Assembly (NCBI RefSeq): GCF_001194135.2
Contig: NC_068982.1
Location: 13,236,918-13,300,917 of the forward strand
Reading direction: 5' to 3'
Length of the DNA: 64,000 bases
Source of the DNA: Octopus bimaculoides
Lineage: Eukaryota
This document shows positions 53,054 to 64,000 of the stretch, piece by piece; position 1 is the first letter of the stretch, and each line of letters begins with the position of its first letter. Made by a program: the position numbers and the translations under genes. A model generated the notes under the pieces. The model made no database searches and had not been told where the DNA came from. It saw only the letters and a program-made list of their open reading frames with translations.

Positions 53054-53932
53054 CTTATGACTAGCATAGAGGACAGGTGGGATCCCCCTAATACACCGTA
53101 TTTTTATTTGATTTTGACCACAACAGATAGCTGTCAAAACTCACGTGGCTTTGATTTATACAATGTCTTCCTGAAGTAAAATATACAATGCATAGGCTTC
53201 CGTTTGACAGATGAGTTGAAGTCATTACTAGACTGGAGTCTTTAGTGTTTATGCATTGTACACAGAAATCGAGAGGAAATGAAGGTTTGCTTCTGTGAAA
53301 TTAATTATGAGAATTGGTAAAAATGATTCTGAGCAAGAATAATACTCATCTAGATCAATGTGAAGAGACAGGAAGTAAAAGTAATTTCTCGACTCAAAAT
53401 CAATGATGGGATAATGCTTCAGTGATTGTTGGTAAATCAGAGTGCTTAGTTACCAGGTGAGATTAGCTGAGGATTAAAACATGTTTGGCTGCATAGAAAT
53501 TTAGTTATTAATGATATGTTTTTGCATCATAGAGGCATGTGATAAGTAGAGATTTAGAGTCATTGGCTAGTAAACAACGCTGTTAAATATGTGTTTGAAG
53601 GAATGGTTGAATGGACAATATGGTAAATATCAAACGACTGCATGGAGTAAAAAAGAAAAAAAAATAGCATGGAGTATAGAGATCCAGTAAACACACAGAG
53701 ACACACACACGTATACAAACTTATATATATTACAGAGATGTACTTGCATAGCAAGTGACCTGATCTGAGATCGTGTGCTGGAACGAAGACAATTGCAGCG
53801 TGGAAGGTGTTTATAAGCCATTTAAAAACGCACAAAAACCGTTAGGTTCACTTCAACATTTAAATTTAATTTACCAAAATATTTTTGCCGCTTTGAGACC
53901 GCGACCTGTTCACTGACAAAATTCTGTGTACT

Positions 53933-54078
<146 letters not shown>

Positions 54079-55678
54079 TATACATATATATATATATACA
54101 TATACACATATATATACATATATACACATATATACATATATACATATATATATGCATTCATATATATATATACATACATATATATATACATATATATGTA
54201 TATATAGACACACACACACACACATATATATATACATATACATACACTAACATATATAAGTGTGTGTAAATATTGAAGCAAAAATACAGTTATAAACGTA
54301 CCTAGCTAAAAAAAAAAAATGCAAAAATGGCAGCAAGTTTGAAAAATGTTCCAAGAACATAAAAGCTGTGTGTTTTAAGTAATAAGACAGTTCATTAGAT
54401 CAGAAACATCATGGCATTAGTTCTCAGTAAAAGCTAGATGGAAAGTGTGTAAAAGAACTAATATAAGTGGGAATAAAAAAACAGAAGTTTCACTTGTGTT
54501 GATGTAAACATAAATACTTTTGATGAACTAGCTTTATACACAGCTGAAACGTAATAAAATGATACTAAAAAGATAATAAGGCAACTTCAAAGTTTTTGTT
54601 TCATACAATAAGCTTAATAGAGCAAAGGTGGTTCCAAATAATACTGTTTTTTAAATTAATCGACCACTTTAGTTAAGGAAGTGCTGTACACAATGACTAA
54701 CATATCGGTTTTATTGCTAATTACTAAGAAGGAAATATGTAACATATATTACTACAAATGAAGTATTATAACTACTAACATAGCATATATATATTGACTA
54801 ATATAACAAATATAAACATGAATGTTAAAGATATAACCACATAATCACAAAAGCAATGAATATAGCCACAAAAGTGAAAATAGTCTCATGAAATATGACA
54901 AATCACAAAAGGAACACATATAACTAAACGGCCAACAACTATGCATAACCTTATCTGTGACATATTTAACCAAATTATAATGAACATTAATTGAGAAGTC
55001 AGCTGAAAAGAAGTTCGCCAAGTGCAATCTATCAAAGTAGTAATTTCCCTCATAACATTATGTTGTACAATTATTTCTGACATTTCTGTTTCTATCTAAA
55101 TGAATTCTTTGAAACGTTTATTTGGTACACTCTAGCAATCTGACTTTTCATATTTATTTTTGCCAAATATCTCTGTAGCAGAAAACTGAAAGTGACACAC
55201 CTATGACTTTAGATTTTCTTCTGTTTTTTTTTTCTTTTTATTTCTGATTACTCTAAAAGTTTAAAGGTTAAGAATATGAAATAAAAGTAACTTAAAAATA
55301 CTTTTACATTGTAGATTCGTAAATCTTATCAATCAGGAAGTTCAAAATCAATTAGATGTGATTAGTGGTTTAATAAATTAAATGAAAGAGAGAGAGAGTA
55401 TATTAAGATTAACAAAATTATCCTAGATATCAACAGTTTCATTGACATCATATAATTAATCTATCAGTTATTTTTCCACTCGTATTATCTAATCAATTTT
55501 TAAGAGGCTAAAGCACATATTGAATGACAGTTCTTGGTAACAATTGAAGATGATAAATAATAAATATAATAAAATAAACAAATTTGATAAAACAAAGAAG
55601 AAATTGTCAAAGGTGAAATTAGAAGTGTGACAATATATACAAAGAATCAATTGGAAACTTGAGGAATTCTTTAAAATT

Positions 55679-55868
55679 CAGTTCTATATTTAAGAGATGA
55701 GGAATTCTGTACATTATTTACATTGTTTACACTATTTACATTCACTGGATATTTGTCCTCATATTGTTTGTTGTTAACACAACGTTTCGGCTGATATACC
55801 CTCCAGCCTTCTTCAGGTGTCTTGGGGAAATTTTAAACCTGAGTTCTCATTCCTAAGGTATTTTTTGA

Positions 55869-55905
<37 letters not shown>

Positions 55906-55933
55906 NNNNNNNNNNTCCTAAGGTATTTTTTGA

Positions 55934-56011
<78 letters not shown>

Positions 56012-56095
56012 CATTAGTGTTCAGGTCACTGCTTGGAATCGAACTTGGAATCTTGGGGTTAGTAGCCTGCGCTCTCAACTACTATGCCATATGCC
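55679..56095 (-). mobile_element. SINE family H copy 3 (HHR motif 55777-55820)
   Basis: ACAC-CTGAAGA-A-GGCTG..CAGCC-GAAA-CGT-T-GTGT; head at ~56015-56095; small N gap inside the (AAT)n. Confidence 0.85.
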
Positions 56096-56100
56096 ATATG

Positions 56101-56430
56101 CCATGCTCGAATGGTGCTTTTTACATACCAATGGCATGGGAGCCAGTCAGGGGACACTGGCATCGACCATGCTTAAATGGTGCTTTTTACATACCACTGG
56201 CACAGGAGCCATTCAGATGGCACTGGCATCGACCATGTTCAAATGGTACTTTTTACATGCCACTGGCACGGGGGCCAGTCAGGTGGCACTGGCATCGACC
56301 AAACTCGAATGATGCTTTTTATACTCCATTGGCATGGGAGCCAGTCAGGTGGCACTGGCATTGACCATGCTCAAATGGTGCTTTTATGTGCCACTGGCTC
56401 GAATGATGCTTTTTTACGTGCCACTTGCAT
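56101..56430. repeat. 66-bp tandem array inside the RTE 3' UTR
   Basis: Unit starts at 56101, 56167, 56233, 56299 and 56365. Confidence 0.9.
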
Positions 56431-58312
56431 GGGTGCTAGTCAGATGGCACCGGCATCTGCCATGACTACGACTTCACTTGACTCAACAGGTCTTCTCAAG
56501 CACAGCATATTGCCTGATGATTGAAGGGTACTTTTAAATGAACTGGTTATGTGACACTGGCATCGGCCACAGCAACGATCTCACTTGGCTTAGTGGGTCT
56601 TCTCACTAACTGAAAAAAGATAGTATATAAAGCATTAACATGAACCATAAATATTACCAATTTTCTCCAAAATTTACATTTGGGCCACGTTGGCAACATA
56701 TTTTTTCTGCAACATTAAACCCATGTTTCATTTATCTTGACTGAACTAAAGCTTTCATTATCCAGGTTATTGCATTAACTTGATTTTAAATCAATTCTAG
56801 CTATACTATAATTCTTTGGATGGTAAATATTTATGGCAATGGAAATTCAGTATAGTCATAAATGAGAGGAAAGTGTCTTGTGGTGTGTTCAAATATAAAT
56901 ACTCACTCAAATAATTAAGGGAATATTTCATTTTCAGGCATATCCTGAGATTACACGGAACAATTATATAATGAAAATGGAATAGAGAAAGTGAAACTAA
57001 ATTGCAATTGAAATCCCAAGAGTTCATGTGCTCAAAATTTCTAAAATTCTACTTCAGGGACAACTATGTTTAGAAATAACTTGGAAGAGATACTGTCTTT
57101 TAAAGTTAGAGAACATTTATAGTAAAGCATAATTAAAACTTCTTAATTTTTGCCCATAAAACTCCCTTATTCCTTGAAGAGACATTTCTGCTTTCCTACA
57201 TGATTATTTCCAATCTAAATGGGAAGTTTTGACAATAAAGGGTGTAGAAATTTTAAAGTATGTCAATTATACGTAGATAACAGAAAGAAGGGAACGATAT
57301 ATACAAGTATGATTAAGTTTGTAATATAGACAGATTTTATTTAAACATGTATATAAAAATTCATTCATACANNNNNNNNNNTATATATATATTACACATA
57401 CACTCACACACACACGCTTATATATCAGCATCATTATACTTTAACGTCCATTCTCCATATGTGTGTGTGAGCGTGTGTGTGCATGTGTGTCTGTATGTAT
57501 GCATGTATATATCTACATATATATACATATACACATATACATACATATATGTGCACGTGTGTACGTGTATGTATGTATATGTATTATTTTATCAAGTATA
57601 TATATGTATGTTATATATTTATACATATCAAATTTACACATGTATACATACATGTATTTATACATATTTTTGTGTGTATGAATGTATGCATATATGTATG
57701 TATGTACGTGCCTGATGTGTACCTACTTGTTCATGTGTGAATTTAACATCCTTCTTTCACATGAATTCAATAAAAATTAATAAAGTCCCTCCCAACTAAA
57801 TATAATTAATTCTTTTGTTAAAATATTCCAACAACAAATAAATTTATTCATGTATCTAAAATATTTTAAATGTTTTAATTATCCATTCTTCCTGGGGTGT
57901 TGTGATTCTTTATCCTTTTAACTAATGATAATTTATCCCAGCAAATTAATATTTAGCGAGTAGAAGACTTTTATGGAACGTGTAAGGCAGTACGGTTAAG
58001 AACATTGTTTTCTAACAATGTGGTTCTGGCTTCGATACCATAGCATGGGACCTTTGACAAGTGTTTTCTGTTTTAGCATTGGGTTAGCTTGTGAGTGGAA
58101 TTTAGGTGGAAGCAATACATACATACATATATACAATCATACATGCATACAAATATAATTGTACTTGAGGAATTCCATTAGAAATGGAAAGTATCACAGT
58201 TAATGTAAGGTACTCAACACATTGAGTAGAGGGCATGTTCATTTATTTTAGGGTAAGTAACTTGCAACTGTACTAATCCTGTAAACATCTCTTATGAAAT
58301 GAGTGTGTGCAG

Positions 58313-58395
<83 letters not shown>

Positions 58396-58852
58396 TGTAC
58401 ATTTATATGATGATGTGTACATTTATTCTTTTACATGCTTTTGCATGTTGGAACATGGAAAGCATTCACTGTGAGATTGCCATGGAAAACCAGTCTCCCT
58501 CAATTGACTTCATGTGTAAAATGTATCATACTCCAGGAAGTATAACGCTACTACTAGGCACAGTGTTTTGGTGTGATTTCCTCTCCTCAGTGATAGATAA
58601 CATTTCAGTCATTGGGGGTTAGACAAACACCTCTTCTGTTGCAATATAGAAAACAGTAAACATTATCAAGTGTACAGACTACACAAATAGCATAGCTTTA
58701 ATAGCTAATACACTAGAAAAAATTTCTATCCTATTTCATATTAATTAGCTTTTTATGCTTCAATGAAATTTTAACTGAATTCATTCCTTAGATCATACAA
58801 GGAAAATTGAAGACACTGAATAGCAAAAAATAAAAAATAAAAGATAACTTCA

Positions 58853-59040
58853 GTTATTTAGGTTTTCTTGGATGTGAAGCAATATGTAATCGAGACATGG
58901 CTTGGAGAGTATTGGGTAAATATACATACTGTGAAAAAGTGATCTCCCAAAATACACAAAATGTTAAATTCATTGAGGCAGCCATAGAAATCATACTTCT
59001 CTGTGGGTTACAATGTTGAACTCTTATTAAAACACAGCAA
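58853..59040 (+). mobile_element. Non-LTR RT C-terminal relic (RTE-group-like)
   Basis: YLGFLGCEAICNRDMAWRVLGK...KFIEAAIEIILLCGLQC*TL resembles YLGS..R...AW...FF.A.VESILLYG.E.WTL. Confidence 0.55.
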
Positions 59041-60746
59041 ACTTTTAACATATATAGAAGCTGTCAAAGACATAAGCTTTGAGATGACTAGCAGACTTAA
59101 AAAAAAATTAAACAAAATTGTTTTTATGTGAAAAACAACTCACATCATATCCTTCAGAATTCTCATATGATGAGAACTACTTGTGCAAATTATATTGTTT
59201 TTTACTCATTTTTGAGAAGCATGAATGCTTAATGGCTCTTGAAAGAGGCAAAACATTTATTTTTACTTTGAAAGGTAAAATGGAAGTGTTCATGAAAACT
59301 ATAAACTTGTGGAAGCGCACAATGCAAATTGAAAACTTCTAATAATAATTTCATTTTTAATTTGATTAAGCAGATTATAATTGAGCATTTTGGTTGCATA
59401 GGCAAACAGTTCTGTATATATTTTCTACCATACATTGAGAAGAATAAATTAGGTTCTATCTAAATCCCGAAAGCAATGATGTAGGCGAAACATTTACCTC
59501 TGAGGGTTTAAGAAGTATTTGCAGAGCTGTCAGGTAATTAAAGCCCCAGACTTGAATTTTTAAAAATAATCATGAACAGTTTTTGGTATTTCTTATTATT
59601 TGAAATTAGCAATAACAAATTTCCTACCATTTACTTCTGCATAATCAGGTGAATCTGAATTTTCAAGTTTAATAATAATAACAACAAAACACTGTTCAAC
59701 TATTAGATACAGGTGTGGTTATAGGCACAGGCATGGCTGTATGGTAAGAAGCTTGCTAACCAACCACACGGTTCTGGGTTCAGTCCCACTGAGTGGTACC
59801 TTGGGCAAGTGTCATCTACCATAGCCTTGGGGCAACCAAAGCCATGTAAGCGGATTTGGTAGACGGAAACTGAAAGAAGCCCGTAAGAAGCCTGTTGTAT
59901 ATATATATATATATATGTATATGTTTATGCATGTATATATATATATATATATATATATNNNNNNNNNNNNNNNNNNNNNNNNNNNNNNNNNNNNNNNNNN
60001 NNNNNNNNNNNNNNNNNNNNNNNNNNNNNNNNNNNNNNNNNNNNNNNNNNNNNNNNNNNNNNNNNNNNNNNNNNNNNNNNNNNNNNNNNNNNNNNNNNNN
60101 NNNNNNNNNNNNNNNNNNNNNNNNNNNNNNNNNNNNNNNNNNNNNNNNNNNNNNNNNNNNNNNNNNNNNNNNNNNNNNNNNNNNNNNNNNNNNNNNNNNN
60201 NNNNNNNNNNNNNNNNNNNNNNNNNNNNNNNNNNNNNNNNNNNNNNNNNNNNNNNNNNNNNNNNNNNNNNNNNNNNNNNNNNNNNNNNNNNNNNNNNNNN
60301 NNNNNNNNNNNNNNNNNNNNNNNNNNNNNNNNNNNNNNNNNNNNNNNNNNNNNNNNNNNNNNNNNNNNNNNNNNNNNNNNNNNNNNNNNNNNNNNNNNNN
60401 NNNNNNNNNNNNNNNNNNNNNNNNNNNNNNNNNNNNNNNNNNNNNNNNNNNNNNNNNNNNNNNNNNNNNNNNNNNNNNNNNNNNNNNNNNNNNNNNNNNN
60501 NNNNNNNNNNNNNNNNNNNNNNNNNNNNNNNNNNNNNNNNNNNNNNNNNNNNNNNNNNNNNNNNNNNNNNNNNNNNNNNNNNNNNNNNNNNNNNNNNNNN
60601 NNNNNNNNNNNNNNNNNNNNNNNNNNNNNNNNNNNNNNNNNNNNNNNNNNNNNNNNNNNNNNNNNNNNNNNNNNNNNNNNNNNNNNNNNNNNNNNNNNNN
60701 NNNNNNNNNNNNNNNNNNNNNNNNNNNNNNNNNNNNNNNNNNNNNA

Positions 60747-60777
<31 letters not shown>

Positions 60778-61344
60778 GTTTATGTGTGTGTCTTTGTGTC
60801 TGTGTTTGTCCTCCTCCCATCACTTGACAATAGATGTTGATGTGTTTACATCCCCATAACTTAGTTGTTTGGCAGAAGAGACCGATAGAGTAAGTACCCA
60901 GGTTACAAAGAATAAGTCAAAGGGTCAATTTCTTTGACTAAAAGGCGGTGCTCCAACATGGCCTCAGACAAATGACTGTAACAAGTAAAAAATAAGAGAA
61001 TATTAGACTGCAGAAATTCCCATAAGAACATCATTGGCAAATGTCAAGCCCTTGTTTGATGACTTATGTGTAAAGAAAACATTACACACTTGGAGTGGTT
61101 GGCGTTAGTAAAGGCATCCAGCTGTAAGAATCTTGCCAGATCAGGTTGGAGCCTGGTGCTGCCTCCTGGCTTGCCAGTCCTCCGTCAAACCACCCAACCC
61201 ATGCCAGCATGGAGAGCAGACGTTAAATGAGGATGATGAAGATGATGATAGACTCATCCCACTGAAGATATTCATATTTACATTATTTACATTATTTACA
61301 TTTGATGGATATTTGTCCTCATCTTGTTTGTCCTCATCTTGTAT

Positions 61345-61421
61345 GCCCATGGGCATATGGCATAGTGGTTAAGAGCGTGGGCTGCTAACCCCAAGATTCC
61401 GAGTCCGATTGTAGGCAGTGA

Positions 61422-61499
<78 letters not shown>

Positions 61500-61500
61500 G

Positions 61501-61550
<50 letters not shown>

Positions 61551-61733
61551 CATTGAAAAATACCTTAGGAATGAGAACCCAAGTTTGAAATTTCCCCAAG
61601 GCACCTGATGAAGGCTGGAGGGTATATCAGCCGAAACGTTGTGCTAACAACAAACAAGATGAGGACAAATGTCCGTCAAATGTAAACAATGTAAACAATG
61701 TACATAATTCCTCATCTCTTAAATATGGAACTG
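61345..61733 (+). mobile_element. SINE family H copy 4 (best preserved)
   Basis: Palindromic gcccatgggc start, A box tggcatagtgg, B-box-like gagtccgatt, long (AAT)n, HHR body, tgtaaacaa repeats. Confidence 0.88.
61601..61644 (+). ncRNA. Minimal type I hammerhead motif (H copy 4)
   Basis: GCAC-CTGATGA-A-GGCTG-gagggtatat-CAGCC-GAAA-CGT-T-GTGC; complete core, palindromic ACGT helix III, GUU triplet. Confidence 0.65.
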
Positions 61734-63692
61734 TATATTCCTATTTATTATCTATTGAATTTAAAAACACTGGAAGAGGGTCACAAGAAAATCCATCAAG
61801 AAAAGAGGGGTTGTGAAAGAAGAAAGTTGAAGAAACAGTGATCTTAAGCACTGAGTATTATTAGCAACAAGATATGAACTCCTAATTCTATAGCAACAAA
61901 GTAACCCCACAGAGACCAAGCCATTAAAATTCTTTATTTAACTTATTATTAAATATATGGTTTACAAATCATTCTTGATATTTTTTATTCCCCAGATGTC
62001 TGAGTGACACAACAGAACAAATAAAAGCTGTTTGGATTGATTTTAGCTCCCTCTTAACTAGTATTTTTATAGATAGAATCTGTCAACTCATGTCATTGTT
62101 GATGTGAATAATGCACCGCATTGTCATTATTCTTCTTGTTTCCATGTTATTGGATTCTCTCAAGTGACCAATCATTTATTTCAAATGTTCGCAGTAATAA
62201 TACTAGTGCGGATGTAGGATGTATTGTTTGTTATTGATTTGATGTACAAGAAAATTTTCTATTGCCATATATTTTAAACTTTGTTACATGTTTTTGGTCA
62301 TTCTATTCTTGTTTAGAATACCAGCTAAAGAATACATTTCCGTTTATTTAATGTGTTTTCACAACAGACAGAAACAAGATCAGAAGTGAAGGGGAGACCT
62401 AAGATAATGAGATTTTCAGACTAGATTCTCTGCCTGGATCATAAAGATATGTTATTATTAGGTCAAATTGCTTCTTAGCACATTGCATATTATTGGCGCT
62501 TGTTTTCAAGTCATTAAGGAAGAAATTGTGAAAAATGTTTATTATTTTTATACCTGTTACAGGTTTGAACTACATACATACATCATTTCAACATTTATTC
62601 TTTTGTTTCTAAAATAAATTGACATCTGGTTTATTCCCTAAATAAAGTACCTCAAGAATTATTGTCTTATTGGAATGTCAAAGATGGTTGTTAAGTTTTA
62701 TATATTATTCAATGTCAGAATGCTTAAAGAAGTTGTTTTTAATCAGTCAGTAGTAACATCGAGTGCTCTGAAACACTAATGTAAATAACAGATACCATGA
62801 GTGCAGCTGAAATAAGATTGTGAGACACGCAGTTAAGCAAAAGGGAGTGAGATAATGGAATGTATACAATACAGAGAAAGTAGGGAGAAAAATAAAAAAC
62901 AGCCACACTGAGCAAACAACATGCAAGGCATATGACACACGGCATCACATGACCAAATGTAAAGATTAGATAGCACTTCATGTCGCTAACACATAGATAA
63001 GCAAAACAAATCTTGTCTGTTGTTCATTGTTTTTATACTATGTCGTATGTGTAATTTCATTTCAAAGTTAGTAATATAGCTAAGCAAAGTTATGAGAAAA
63101 CATATTGAAGAAGAAAAGAATGGTATGAATCTGTTGTTAACTGCTGTGCTTGGTAAACCCATAAATCTAATCTTGNNNNNNNNNNNNNNNNNNNNNNNNN
63201 NNNNNNNNNNNNNNNNNNNNNNNNNNNNNNNNNNNNNNNNNNNNNNNNNNNNNNNNNNNNNNNNNNNNNNNNNNNNNNNNNNNNNNNNNNNNNNNNNNNN
63301 NNNNNNNNNNNNNNNNNNNNNNNNNNNNNNNNNNNNNNNNNNNNNNNNNNNNNNNNNNNNNNNNNNNNNNNNNNNNNNNNNNNNNNNNNNNNNNNNNNNN
63401 NNNNNNNNNNNNNNNNNNNNNNNNNNNNNNNNNNNNNNNNNNNNNNNNNNNNNNNNNNNNNNNNNNNNNNNNNNNNNNNNNNNNNTATATATAAAACGGC
63501 TAGCCACAATGTGATACCATAAAAGAAGAATTCAATTGTTACTAAGTGTGATTCAAGGTGCCAACGCATTTACATAACTAGAAATAAGAGTTAAAATATT
63601 CTTAATGCTCTGGGAAGAGCAGAGATACATATAAACATTCTGACAGGGGAAGCAACCACCCGATATTGACGCGAAAATCCCCAGATTAGATG

Positions 63693-63745
63693 TTTTGTTT
63701 CGCTTATTCTGTAGGCATCATCAGTGAGACTGCTCAGACAGCAAA
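63693..63745 (-). ncRNA. Type III hammerhead motif
   Basis: TGT-C-TGAG cagt CTCA-CTGATGA-T-GCCTA cagaa TAAGC-GAAA-CA: intact core, GUC site, stem I 4 bp, stem II 4/5 bp, stem III 3 bp (extendable past a bulge). Confidence 0.62.
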
Positions 63746-63954
63746 TGTTCAACAAATTCCACCTGTCAGCATATATGTGATTATTATAAACATTCATGGA
63801 TGATTTAGGGGAATGCTAACGTGTATACAAAAAAATTAATATAAACAGCTAGGTGCAATGTGATACCACAGAGGAAAAATTCAATTGATAGAAATAAGAG
63901 TTAAAATACTCTTAATGTTGTAGGAAGTGCGCAGATGCATACACACATGCTGAC

Positions 63955-64000
<46 letters not shown>

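Noticed and set aside
58541-58635. Minus-strand candidate exon MTEMLSITEERKSHQ..., sharing TEERK with the 41.6-kb peptide
   Set aside because: A five-residue match and a weak donor are compatible with chance.

Overview
AT-rich, gapped eukaryotic scaffold saturated with (TA)n/(CA)n/(AAT)n/(GAT)n microsatellites and short retroposons. From memory the repeat families look like octopus (cephalopod) repeats; this is inference, not a database result. No protein-coding gene can be confidently called. Almost all ORF-track entries are microsatellite, N-gap or repeat read-throughs. The window contains: several tRNA-headed SINE families (labelled A, B, D, E, F, G, H here); many 3' ends/UTRs of an RTE-type LINE; decayed RT/EN relics (RTE, CR1/L2, R4/Dong-like, possibly Gypsy); mariner, hAT, piggyBac and Tc1/pogo-like MITEs with visible TIRs/TSDs; a 240-bp fold-back palindrome; and a SINE-derived 75-bp satellite. 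The most interesting signal is at least three distinct hammerhead-ribozyme (HHR) motif families. (1) A minimal HHR inside a tRNA-headed SINE (family H, four copies, with a compensatory stem I change). (2) A type I HHR in a knot of interleaved inverted repeats at 46.4-47.2 kb, resembling Penelope-like element debris. (3) A type III HHR between ~350-bp-spaced direct repeats at 63.7 kb. Repeat boundaries without a TSD/TIR are approximate.
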